The notes under the pieces were generated by a model. It saw nothing but the letters and a program-made list of their open reading frames with translations, did no database searches and was not told the origin of the DNA. A DNA stretch of 58,985 nt, the filler included, from Dugesia japonica (lineage: Eukaryota), in the NCBI GenBank assembly GCA_001938525.1. It is 5 parts of 5 records of this genome, joined end to end, with 100 filler letters (N's around TTAATTAATTAA, not from the genome) between each part and the next. Parts side by side here need not be neighbours in the genome. Positions count along the whole stretch, not along the records: positions 1 to 18,605 come from MQRL01628488.1; 4 more parts are not named here. One strand, written 5' to 3'. The position numbers were made by a program, and so were the translations under genes. Positions 1 through 11,700 of this stretch are shown here, piece after piece (the stretch's first letter is position 1; every line of letters begins with the position of its first letter).

Positions 1-327
1 CGAAATGCGGGTATCCTGACGGATTATTCCAACTTGACCAAGGAAGATGCGAATAACGAAAGAGAATGGGCGGCCGCAGAGCGTCAAGCTTTCTATCAAT
101 GGGTTGGTCCCGACCGCACCCATGAAGTTCTACACCGAACTACCATTTTTGATCCAATAACTAATCAGTCCATTGATCATTGGCAAGATGGGCCATCCCT
201 ATTGCCTGTGTCGCCCGCCCACCTTCTTCAAAGTACTAGATTCTCCCTGGATCTTGGTAATACTCTATGGGATCTGCGAAACCAAGCCAGCGGCGGCGCA
301 CTAGAAAACACAGACCCCAATCCTTGA
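1..327 (+). CDS. LTR-cassette ORF2, copy 1 (5'-truncated by window), unknown protein
   Basis: RNAGILTDYSNL...ERQAFYQWVGPDR matches RDTGVLVDRSNI...ERAAYYSWCGPRR (2865) and RDAGILSDKSNL...ERLNFHQCTGPER (30845). Confidence 0.7.
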   Translation, partial: RNAGILTDYSNLTKEDANNEREWAAAERQAFYQWVGPDRTHEVLHRTTIFDPITNQSIDHWQDGPSLLPVSPAHLLQSTRFSLDLGNTLWDLRNQASGGALENTDPNP

Positions 328-556
328 CCTTCTAAGCTACCAGTGTGTTATTATAATTTTTCTAACTAAAATATATGTTTGTTCGTTATTTTCCTTTGTA
401 GTGTGATCTTCAACTGTTAATTAAAGCTTTTCTTTTATAGAAGCAGACCAAATGTAGAGATTCATTAAACTGTTTTAAAAAGAAAAGATACATATATATT
501 TTGCTCTGGATGCATAAATTTCTAAATCTTGCTCGCATTTAATATGTAACCTTTAG

Positions 557-915
557 TGCACTCGTCATTAAATCGCATTTCGGCTTCTACGAAAAAGTCG
601 CGCGACGACAGTTAGGACAGCGAGATGACCTGGGACCTGTATCGTCTCGCCAAGCGTAAATGGGAGGTGGATACCGCCAATGATAATAGTAAAGTAAGCC
701 GCTACCGAAAAAAATGCGTGGCTTTCCGAAAGGAAGTCGAGGCCTCCCATGCACAAGAGAGGGTATGAAAGGGGCAAGTAGAGTCTTTGGTGGATATGAT
801 CCGGTCCTACCAAGTCCAAGAAAATAAACTGGTAGGTGACGTTCTGAAGCTGAAGGCATCCATGCCGCTCGAACCTCTAATGGTTGAGAAAAACACCCAG
901 ACCCCTAAGAATTAA
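557..915 (+). pseudogene. LTR-cassette ORF3, copy 1 (one private TAG, shared TGA at 766-768, KNTQT tail)
   Basis: Follows acceptor ctttag|TG. Translates (M)HSSLNR...WDLYRLAKRKWE...QERV*KGQVESL...MVEKNTQTPKN*. AATAAA at 938. Confidence 0.7.
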
Positions 916-1049
916 TTTCGAGGCCACCTCTTTTATTAATAAATTTTCTAGTTTAAACTGTTTCGTGAATTTCCTTTTTGTTATTTTCATTAGTTGTACA
1001 TTCTTTTACAGTGGGAAAATTTTCTAACATTAATGATAATTTGTTTTAG

Positions 1050-1432
1050 TGACTCGCATCCATTTCTCGAACAATCTTCGTCGATGCCACCGCATGATGC
1101 GCCGCCTACTGGTAAAGAGGCACCTGAAGCGAAAAACCTACCAGGCCTTTTTACGACATTTAGACCAACGAGATAAGTTAATTAAAAGATTGGACACTAT
1201 AGTAAAGAAGCAAAACGACCTTGTCATTCAGACAAAGGCATTAGAAGTAGAGAATAAGCAATTACTACAGCGAAAAATTGAATTTCTAAAACAATACATT
1301 GCGGACTTATCAAGGCAGATTGGCAACCCTAATACCATGCAGTGGGACGTCGATGATGATATCGCTGCATTCAATTTGGTAATAACGACCCCGGACCAGT
1401 GGCTCGATCCAGGAGTATTGGATCTACTTTAA
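1050..1432 (+). CDS. LTR-cassette ORF4, copy 1: basic region, coiled coil, acidic/Trp C-terminus
   Basis: Intact 127-aa frame after ttttag|TG. Strongly similar to 3935-4317 and 31881-32244. AATAAA at 1447. Confidence 0.75.
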
Positions 1433-2491
1433 ATATGTTTACTTTTAATAAAATATTTTTTATCAGACTTGCAATTTCTTTTATTTGGTGATAATACTAA
1501 GGGAAAAATAGTGAACCCGAAATAAAGGTTTATAGGTAGGTACCTTCCATTAAGAGCAAGGTCAACCGCCATAAACTGAAAACCTACCACAGGGACAGTA
1601 AGGTAAATTCTTGAAAGGGTTCCCCTGAGGGCTGTTTTTCCCCAGCCGCCTTTGCCGTGTCACTCAACTCAGGTGGGACCCCAACATTAATATCATTATT
1701 ATTAGTTGGGGTGTCAATGTGGTTCTTATTGGCCTTAGTATTGTTATTAAGCGTGTAATTAATATTGTTACCATCCTCGTTAAAATACCCGTTATTATGG
1801 TNTTCAGAATCATTCATTTACATTGCTNTTGTGTTTTACTACCGTTAACCCATTANTACGTGTTCATGAATCCGCAGACACAATTAATAAAATTACGTAT
1901 GAATTCCGATATTATAGCAAGAAATATCACCAGTAGTAACCACTCCTTTTGAGGCGCTTCAGGAGGACCAAATCATGAATTTAAATATTATATTCGTTAT
2001 TACGATTATTATTGCTATTGTCACCATTAAATCATTACCATCATTAAGGTTTGGTCAATATTATCAATGATTATTGTCAATAAATTATTCACATGGAGTA
2101 TCCACCTACTAATCATTATTTAATTATTATTCTTTCTACCAGCGCTAATTATATCATCATAACAAATACTGTCCCGGTTATCCTTAAAATTAAGGTTAAT
2201 GATATTGTTGTTATTCTCGTTAATATTATAAATATCCTGACGATTTATAGGATTATTAGAATTAAAGAATAGTGTGACCAGTTCTGAAACCTTTCTTTTA
2301 CAAAGAATAGGGATAATACCAAATAATGATATGTTCTAAATTAAGATGAATTTAATGGGTTAATATCTTGTTATTAGAACGAGGCCACTCATTAATAGTG
2401 CATGGCGGCAGTAAAACTCTTCTTGTGGGAGAGATTGAAATAAGTTTCATGATTGGATTAGTAATTCTATTGTTTTTTATTCCCTTAGATA

Positions 2492-2665
2492 ATGCCAGCA
2501 ATACTGCGAGACACCCTTCGTCAAATAAATAAAGCTGTTTGTTTAAAACAATTAATAGCCTACTATTTAACGAGGGTCCAGGTGGAAAACCCCGACGAAA
2601 CCGATCTCCAGTGTTTCGCCGAGATGTTCTCACTCCAGAACCAAGTTGATATATATGAGGAATAG
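2492..2665 (+). CDS. LTR-cassette ORF1, copy 2 (57 aa, below the ORF-track cutoff)
   Basis: MPAILRDTLRQINKAVCLKQLIAYYLTRVQVENPDETDLQCFAEMF... matches MPTELGTMLRLIRK...LRQLVAHLLTR...HPDETDLACFAEMF at 30507. Preceded by acceptor tcccttag. Confidence 0.7.
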   Translation: MPAILRDTLRQINKAVCLKQLIAYYLTRVQVENPDETDLQCFAEMFSLQNQVDIYEE

Positions 2666-2864
2666 CCAATTGCCCCAATTTTCGCTGGAATCACTCCCAT
2701 AGAATACAAATCATTGTCGTGTGGTCTCGTAGGAGATTTTAATTAAACCTATGACTGATTTTCTCTATAAATTATTTTCCACCAATATCAACATGCTTAT
2801 ATTAATTAATTAAACCTTATTCCTAAACCGAACGTTACCGGTTATTAATTGTAGAATCATCATC

Positions 2865-3293
2865 ATGGAATACAAATGGGAAGTGAGTTTAGACATTCGC
2901 TCCGGCCGCACTGTGTTCCAACGATACCAAAATCCCTATGAGCGTGACACCGGTGTATTAGTAGACCGTTCAAATATTCCTGTTGAACAACGCACAGCAG
3001 ATTGGCAATGGGATGCCACGGAGAGGGCAGCCTATTATAGTTGGTGTGGCCCGAGAAGAGACTGAGTCGCGTTTCCACCAACATCCCTTTCTTTTGAACG
3101 ATCTACCGAAGTGCCGCAGATAGAACAAGTATGGCATGATGGTCCATCTTTGGTCGGGCTCACCACGAACCGCTTGCCCTCTACGTCGCAACTGTCTTCG
3201 TTTGTACAAAATTATCTATGAAGTACGCGAAAGGATATGACTAGTAACAATAACGAAAATGCAGAAGAAGAAACCACTGATGTGCTAGTATAA
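2865..3293 (+). pseudogene. LTR-cassette ORF2, copy 2 (stop and frameshifts after 3065; 3' end approximate)
   Basis: ATG shortly after acceptor ttgtag (2853-54). A downstream WHDGPSL matches WQDGPSL of copy 1. Confidence 0.65.
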
Positions 3294-3442
3294 ATTAACT
3301 ATGTAAAAAACAAGTTTTAGATAAAAATTTGTTTTCTCTGTCTTGTTAGTGGTTTGAATAGTTGAAATCCTACCACTTTGTTTTGTTTCGAACTATACGC
3401 AGTCTTAATTAGAGTTCTTAAATTTTATTCTTTATTTTATAG

Positions 3443-3810
3443 TGCATTCGTCTCTAAATCGTCCATCTGCCCCTAATAAACAGATGAGAGAATCCAGTGA
3501 GGACACCGAAATGTCCTGGGATTTATATCGACTCGCGAAACGTCGATTCGAATCAGGAATAGCCAATGCCAACGCCAAAGTAAGGTGTTACAAGAATAAA
3601 TGTGTTAGTATTCGCAAGGAGATGGAAGCTACACACGATCAAGAAAGAACGTGAAAGGCACAGGTAGAGTCATTTGCCGAAATCATCCGGTCCAGCCATG
3701 ACCGCGAAAATAAACTGGTCAAAGAAATCCTACGCCTCAAAGAAAAATCGTACCTAGAAGCCCTTATGGTCGACAAGGGAACACAGACCAACTCCAACCG
3801 TTGTACCTGA
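3443..3810 (+). CDS. LTR-cassette ORF3, copy 2 (in-frame TGA 3652-3654, KGTQT tail)
   Basis: ttatag|TG start. ...QERT*KAQVESFAEIIRSSHDRENKLV...MVDKGTQTNSNRCT*. AATAAA at 3826. Confidence 0.7.
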
Positions 3811-3934
3811 AGCTGTTATTTTACAAATAAAATTTGTATAGTTTTTAGTCTCCGTCATGTTATGTGTTAACTCAATAACTCAATATCAATAACTTTCATT
3901 GTTTCTTCTTCAATATTGATGATTACTTATTTAG

Positions 3935-4317
3935 TGCCACGAATTGTTTTCCCCACAAGTTTGCGAAGGTGCAACCGGATAGTGCGCCGTTTATTATTGG
4001 AGCGCCACCTAAAGCGCAAAGCAGATAAGGCTCTCTTAAAACATCTTGGCCAGCGCGACAGACTTATTAAGAAGCTAGACATAATATTAAAAAAACAAAA
4101 CAAATTGGCGACACAAACTAAGATTCTAGAAGCCGAGAATAAGCAGCTGTTATTAAGGAAAATCGATTTTTTAAAGAAATATATAGCCGATCTTTCTCGG
4201 CAAATCGGCAACCCAACTTGGATTCAATGGAATGATGAGGATGATTACGCTGCGTTCAATTTTACAATGATCGACCCGAGCCAGTAGTTGGACCCTGGCG
4301 TGATGGATGATTTATAA
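3935..4317 (+). pseudogene. LTR-cassette ORF4, copy 2 (TGG>TAG at 4285)
   Basis: atttag|TG start. Homologous to 1050-1432; the frame continues LDPGVMDDL* after the TAG. AATAAA at 4328. Confidence 0.7.
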
Positions 4318-4699
4318 ATGTCATTTCAATAAATGTTGTGAGAATCATTGATTTAAATTTTGTTGTAAGCTATAGAAAATGGTAGAACCCGAATAAAAAG
4401 GCTTATGGGCGCGCACCTCCCATTAAGAGAGAGGTCAACCACCATAAAAGAATACCTAACCTAGGGGCGTTAGGTTAAATTCTTGGCTGGGTTCCCCTGA
4501 GGGCTGTTTTTCCCCCAGCCACAAACTTTTCTATCCAAATCAGGTGGGACCTCAACAAATATTTTAATTTTGTTTTAATGAATAAAATAAATAAAAAATT
4601 TTTAGGTGTAATTGATGGGTAAAAATACCAACATAATTATGTTGGGACAGAACCCAATCGATGATATAAACAAATTCAATAAAAATCAAATAAAAGAAT

Positions 4700-6423
4700 A
4701 TAAAAATTAAATTAAAAACGAGATTATAAACAAAATTTATTTGTCAAAAATCAACAATAAATTACAAGTAATCCCGAAAAATTCGGAAGGAAGTCAACTG
4801 ATATTCAAATTATTTGGATCCCAATCAGAAAATAACAAATAAATCTATAAAAAATGGTAAAATTAAAAAGTAAATCAAAATAAAATTACCATAAAATTGT
4901 ATTTTCTGGAAAATCGAATAGTTCTTGAAATAATTAATGGAATAAACTAGAACAAATAACCAATAAGGTTGAAAATTGGGTCCAAAATCGACTATAAAAG
5001 GGTCCTGAAAAACACAAAAATAACAATTAATCAAATTAGTTTTCAAAACAAAATTCAAAACTCACCGAATTAATCGTTCCAGCCAATCAGAGGTCTAATT
5101 AAAAGAAACAATTATCAGAGAAACCCATATTAGATTTTAAAATTAAAAATCTAAACATTTCCAAGAAATTCCAGTTCGTCATGAAAGCTTCCGTAGAAAA
5201 GTCAATTCGTCTCTGGAATAGCAGAATCCATTATCCAGACACGAATAGGTTATCCAGACAACAGTGAATTAGTAGCCCACTAGATAGTAGCGCACTAGAT
5301 CACTAAGAAATATTAGTCGCTTATAAACTACTTACAAATAGTAAATAGCTAAATTAAATTAAATAATGATTATGAAAAATTTGTATGACTCATCATTTTT
5401 GTAACAAATAAATGAGCCATGCTGATGAGTCATTGCCGGTCTAAACAAAGACCATGACTCATCATGAATTGAAAAAATTTTTAGTTGGATAATTTTTATC
5501 TAAATAGTCAACAATATCTTCTATAATGTTATCTATATTCATTGTATATATCTTTTGATTTAAATATTTGTTTATATTAGGTGCTTTGTTTTACGTGCAT
5601 TCATATTGCCATGTCTTTGTTTAATTTGCATATCCATTGTTTTTTCCTTACTTAACCTACATTTATATTGCATGCTTGTGTGTGTGTATAAACTTTTACT
5701 AAATAAAACTTTTAAAGTTAATAACCAAACAAAAGGTAATAAGTCAACAAATTTTGCTATTATCCAAATAAAATATACTATATATATAAAAATCAACTTA
5801 ATAAATAAAACTAAGCGAAATAACTAAAAAAAAAATTCTATTGTTAAACAACTTAAAAAAAAAACTGAATATAAATTAAAAATAAATTAAATTAAAAAAA
5901 CAATAATAAAAACAAAATTTATTTGTAAAAAATCAACAACAAATTACACGTAATCTCGAAATATTCAGAAGAAAGTCAAATGATATTCAAATTGTCTGGA
6001 TCCTAATTAGAAAATAACAAATAAATCTATAAAAAAGGGTAAAATTAAAAAGTAAATCAAAATAAAATTACCATAGATTTGTCGTATTTTCTGGAAAATC
6101 GAATAGTTCTTGAAATAATTAATGGNATAATCCAGAACAAATAACCAATGAGGTTGGAATAGGGACCAAAATCAACTATAAAAGGGTCCTGAAAAACACA
6201 AAAATTAATTATTAAAGATTAAAATTTAATTAAAACACCATTAATCAAATAAGTATTCAAAACTCACCTAATTAATCGTTCCAGACAATCAGAGGACTAA
6301 TTAAAAGTTTCAGAAAAGCCCATATTAGATTTTAAAATTAAAAATCTAAATATTTTCAAGAAATACAATTTCATCACGAAAGCTTCCGTGAAAAAGTCAA
6401 CGAATAGGTTATCTAGACAACAG
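4700..6423 (+). repeat. Direct duplication (~4700-5264 and ~5880-6423) of an LTR promoter-like segment with TATA box
   Basis: Near-identical ~550-bp blocks, each with CTATAAAAGGGTCCTG (TATA at 4993, 6177), similar to CCTATAAAAGGACCCCTG at 28961. Confidence 0.75.
5271..5470 (+). mobile_element. Maverick/Polinton terminal fragment
   Basis: AGTAG...TAGATAGTAGCGCACT plus TGAGTCAT/TGACTCAT repeats homologous to 13149-13380. Confidence 0.55.
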
Positions 6424-7192
6424 TTCATTAATTTCGAAAATCTAGGAAAATAACCTGTCAAGTTTCAAAATCCATCATCAAATTTGAAGTATAAATACGA
6501 TTCCCACCCAGTTGCGTATTTAACCGAAAAACTTCATTATTTTGAAAATTCCCATTGGCAATACCAGCATCAAATCATTTATCTTACCAGAGGAATATCG
6601 TTGTTCTAAGTTTCAATATCAGTCACCAGAGGAAAACGAATTCCCAATCTATCATATCTTCCAAGAATTACCCAGTTCTGAAAAGCCAGAATCCATTTCA
6701 AAAATCTTAATTCTATCCAATCACAATTCGTTCTACCTTGCGTCATCCCCAAGTCAAAATTTCCAGTTCCAGCATAGCAGTCAAAAAGGTATATTAGTGT
6801 TAATAATTTTTCATTTCTCTCATTTCATCAATAATCGTATAATTATAATAATAATAAATACGTAATAATAATGATAATATAGAGTCGATTTTCTGGCACA
6901 GTATCAAATTTTACTTATTTTTCTGCTTGTTCTCCTGCGGATTTTGGTATTATTTCGAGATGTTTTATTATTTCTTCTTCATTAAAATTATGCGTTTTAA
7001 CCCAATATACAGATCAATGGTAAAATTAATAATTTTTAAAAAAATAGATTTATTTTATGATTTGCATCAAATTACCGAGATAAATTTAAAATTTAATGTT
7101 ATAATTAGTGACCAATGAAAATTAATTTTAATCAGATTAATGTAAATTGTGTTTCTATTTAAACGTTTATAACCAGAATGAATTGAGCAATA

Positions 7193-7225
7193 GTTCCTGA
7201 AGAAGGCATAACCGAAATATTGAAC
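7193..7225 (+). ncRNA. Minimal type I hammerhead ribozyme motif (Penelope-type)
   Basis: GTTC-CTGAAGA-A-GG-CATAA-CC-GAA-ATAT-T-GAAC: core boxes, stem I GTTC/GAAC, palindromic ATAT stem III. Confidence 0.65.
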
Positions 7226-8605
7226 CATCTATGAAAAAAGAGAAACATTGTTTTGATCTTTGCATTTGAAAAAAAATTTTAAATAAAAAGTCAATTATAC
7301 GAAGCCATAAGATGCATAATTTGAGGAGCTATTAAAAAAGCTATCTCTCATTTCCTTTTCGCAAAATTTTTCAAGACTCAAGTTCAAGATTTTACTAAAA
7401 CGCGATTCACCATACTGGTATAATATCATAGTTTTTATGTGAGATATTAAGAATAAACTAGACAGTAATTCAATTTCGTTTATGGTTCTTTAATATCCTT
7501 AAAATGGCATACTAATAATAATATAATAATACTAATAACTTAAAAATGAAGTCAAAGTAAATTTCTTACGAACTATTACTCTGTTCACTCACTGTCTTTC
7601 ATATTCAAATTCCATTTGTTCATCAAATTTTACATTTATTTTTCGCACTCTCCATCTCATATTTCCTTGATCCACTAGGCGTTAAAAAATTTGGAATATT
7701 AAACTCTTATATTCGGAAATTTTAATTATAATTTCTTTTTTTTATCTACAGATGTTTATTGATTTCATATTCACAGATTTTAAAACTTTTGTTGGGAAAA
7801 AGTACAACCAATTCGTTCACAAAAATAAAAGCTATAAAATAGAAAAATAAGTAAAGTACAAGTTTAAAAAAAACCCAAACCAGGATAAGAAAAACCTTTA
7901 TTGAAAAATGCAAACAAATATATAAAAACAAATGTCACTCAATCGTTGGAATGGTTTTGGAATATTTGATCATTCCTATAAAATAAAATAAATTACTCAA
8001 AAAAAAATTTGGTTATACAAAAAAAATTACCTTTTTTCCCGGATACTTACAAGAATTTGTGTGATATTTTTGTAAATTTTCATCGAAAACCAGCCAATCG
8101 GAGAGCAAATCTGAACAAAATTTTATATAAAAAGGACTCAAAAATAGACAAAACTTACCCTTATTAGTCGTGTCATTAGAATTAGTGTCTCACCAAATTC
8201 GAATTACGGTCTATAGAATCAAGAAGAAATCTATAAAATTCAATAAGAAATTACTTGCAAAAATTTTTTCAATCTAATTCCAGCCAAATAAACGCGTAAT
8301 TATCATCAGTGATTTCTTAAAAAATTACATAAAATCTGAATTAATAATTTTCGCGTTCTTACCAAATTCCCAATTTGACAATCATATGACATTGGAATTT
8401 CTCTGGATCAAGGCCATCAAATTGCGGCTTCATTATCTAGAAGAAAACAGATAATTACTTTTGAAATTTCCACATACTTACTCGGTAAGATCATCAGTTC
8501 AGATCAGAAGTGGTTGTCACTTGAATCGACATTCCCATCGACATTTTCCCTATTATCTTCATGAACCTTCTTATCATTGATATTATCGTTTTATTGTTAC
8601 TTCCA

Positions 8606-8673
<68 letters not shown>

Positions 8674-8723
8674 NNNNNNNNNNNNNNNNNNNNNNNNNNN
8701 NNNNNNNNNNNNNNNNNNNNNNN

Positions 8724-8789
<66 letters not shown>
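8606..8789. repeat. (ATT)n microsatellite spanning a gap
   Basis: Pure TTA repeats on both sides of an N run. Confidence 0.95.
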
Positions 8790-11700
8790 GAAGCATTTTT
8801 AATATTATCGTCGCCATTAGTAATTAGCATTATCATTTGATTATTTTTATCCTTATGTTTATTAACTATTGTTTTTGAATTATACTTATTAATAATATTA
8901 TTCTTCGATATTATCCCAATTACTGTTATTATGTTTTAGCATTCGTATTATTTTTAATAGTTTGCTGATAGTTACCATAGTTAATAGGATTATTATATTA
9001 ATTTAATACTAAAATAGTTGTCACCATTAAATACTTATCGTTAATTTTATTAAAACCACGCACAGAGAATAAGCAATCGAGTGATCAGATACACAGTCAA
9101 CCATCAACATCCGCTGCAGTTTCTCCTCCCCCGAAAAGTCCGGAAGATTTTTGTAGATTTATCTGATGACGATTAATTAACAAAACATTAAACTCATGGT
9201 ACAGGTTTATGTAAAATATTATAATCACGAACGATTGAGTTTTCCTTTGTTACGACTTTTATCATCGATAGCTGTAACGAACCCAAATTATACGCAGATG
9301 GTGAGCTCATTAACTCTTGATGTGGGGCAAGAGCCACCGGGGCTGCCATCAACATACTCTCAGGACGAGTATATTAAATCTCAGTTTGTGGGTTGTGAGG
9401 TATATAATTTTTTAGCCATATCACTGCAACTTATTTATTTCATATATTTGTAATTTATCTCGCACACGTGTACGCTAACTTGTTGACCAAATAAAAAATG
9501 CAAATTAACAATGAAAACAAAAATTATAATTCTTACAATTTCATTTTCAAATCGTTGATCCTTAACAAAAGACAGACTCTGAGAACTTTTAATAATTTTT
9601 TTCAAACAAATTGTTTTTACCACCTTTATTATCGAAACAGAATTTTTAATCAAGTATAAATATTTTCTGTCGGTAAGATTTTAACAATTTTAAATCATAT
9701 TATCATTATCATAAAATACCCTTTACTCAATGAAGATCTCCCTTACATACCTTTGCAAGATTTTCAATATTTTCAATGGCAATTTTCGAATCTACCTCTC
9801 TTTGTAAAGATTTTCCAAATAAGTCAACTGATAATTTCCGAGAGTTATCCAATTTTTTAACATCCAAGTCACACGCACAAAGACACGATTTCTTTTCGAA
9901 TCGAGCAAGCTAAAATTTTCATTTAGCTCTTAATTATTATTATTTTAGTGATTGCCTGGATCATAAAAAATCCATGCAAAAATTGTAAGTTTTAAATTGA
10001 TTTGTAATCGTTAATTAACTTGACAACGTCAAACCGTTATTGATTTGAGTGCAGAAGATGGGTATTTCATTTGCGATAATTTGCATTGTACATAGGATCA
10101 TGAAAATATTATGTTATGACTTTAATTTGCTTGTTATTCACTAATAATTATACGAACCCAACAAAGATTCAGATGGTGCGCTAATGCACTCTTAACGGAG
10201 GGTAAAAATCACCGAGGCTGCCACCAACGTATTCAAATGGCGGATANATCAAATCCTTATTGGTGGGACATGTAGTGATATTTAACGAACCATACCACCC
10301 ATGACTTCATTACTAATAATAATAATTCATTGGCAAGTTTTCTAAATTTAACTGATATTAATTAATTTCTGCATTTTACATCTTCAAGATTTTAGACCGC
10401 TTTATTAACTTATAATTAACTTCATGAATTACTTATTCGTTTAATTTTGAACTAATTTTTTTTTCGTTTCAATTATTCTACTTCTTAATATCTTTATAAC
10501 ATTTTATATAAATATTTATATGGTTTCCTGCTCCAAACTATCCCATATTTCATGCTTTCGCGTTTCAACCGAACAAGTATCTGCGTGTTGGTGAGTTTAT
10601 TTTTAGTGATTTTCGAGTCTTGTATATACTGTTTATTGTCATACACCCACTCAATAATCTCATTTATTTTCTTATTTTTTATTTTAAGAGTTTCATCAGG
10701 ATTGTTTTTGTCAAATTTTTCAAAAATTTATTTTTTTACTATTTTCTGTTATTATGCAGCTGTGCCTGCTATTCATCATTCAAGTCTTATTATTTTCGGT
10801 TTCTGTTAGTTTGTTTCTGATAATGTAGTATACACTGATTTGCAGAGATTTATTGAAATTTCATAATACTGACTGTCAAACGGTGCCAATCATTATTTTC
10901 AAATTGTGTTACCATTATGATTCCTTATTGCTAACAAAATTTTACCATATTTTTACAGATCATCATATGATTTCAAAATTTGAATGTCATCTGATTGAAA
11001 AATATGCTGCGTGTTCATAATTGCACCGATAAGTTTTTAAAAACCTTTAAAACAAATAAAAAATAAATATCAATAAAATAATAAACCGCATTTGCGGACA
11101 TTCGCAAATTTCTGTAAAAAGTAATTATACATCGTAATTATAAATAATAAAATAATACCAATCTTGAAAACATTAATAAATAGTTTATTTACATTATATT
11201 TTTATAATTAAACATTCATATTGTCTTTTATTATCGAATTACTAAAATAGTGACTCGAATTTTCTATTTTTTACTTTAACAACAATATTTTAACCTTTTA
11301 TTAAGTAATTAATACTATATTACAGTGTTTTTTTCACGATTATTATATCTTCAATTCTTCTAGTTGTATTTTATTTAATAATTACTTTTACTACATAGTT
11401 TCTAAAATTCTTATTTTCTATCATTTATCAATAACCATACATTTCTGTTATTATTATTCTACCATTTATTATAAAATTGTTTTTATTCACATTAATATTT
11501 ATAAATCAAAATATTTTACTTAAAAATAAATAGCGATATTTCAGTTAGACCCCTTTTTTATTTTAAATCTGTTTTATTAATTGTTTTAACTCCAGAATTT
11601 TATTTTGTCTTTAATGCCGGGTTCGCTTTTTTTGATATTTATTTTGTATATTTTTATTTATCAATTTTTCCTCCAGTTCAGTGATTCGTATAATGAATAT

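Larger units (their letters stand above)
1..1686 (+). mobile_element. 3' part of giant solo-LTR-like element, copy 1 (ORF2-ORF4 cassette plus structured 3' end), nested in copy 2
   Basis: Collinear homology to 30845-32486 and 2865-4557. Ends in GGGACCCCAACA (1686), whose last 9 nt are the exact reverse complement of the family 5' end TGTTGGGGT seen at 18533. Confidence 0.8.
1687..4557 (+). mobile_element. Giant solo-LTR-like element, copy 2 (ATT-rich spacer, ORF1-ORF4, structured 3' end); interrupted by copy 1
   Basis: Same module order as 28302-32486. Ends GGGACCTCAACA at 4557. Confidence 0.8.

Noticed and set aside
766-768. Alternative genetic code (TGA=Trp) for the cassette
   Set aside because: Trp is encoded by TGG throughout, TGA terminates ORF2 (copies 1 and 3) and ORF3 (copy 2), and the acceptors are spliceosomal, implying nuclear expression.
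568-859. Antisense ORFs over the cassette (also 2352-2678, 2863-3209, 3927-4211, 30500-30721, 32033-32275)
   Set aside because: Shadows of the conserved plus-strand frames; boundaries are not shared among copies.
1600-1686. HDV-like ribozyme in the terminal GC-rich block
   Set aside because: Only nested hairpins found; I could not build the double pseudoknot on either strand.
8561-8840. Poly-Y/I/L/N ORFs
   Set aside because: Translation of an ATT microsatellite and N gap.
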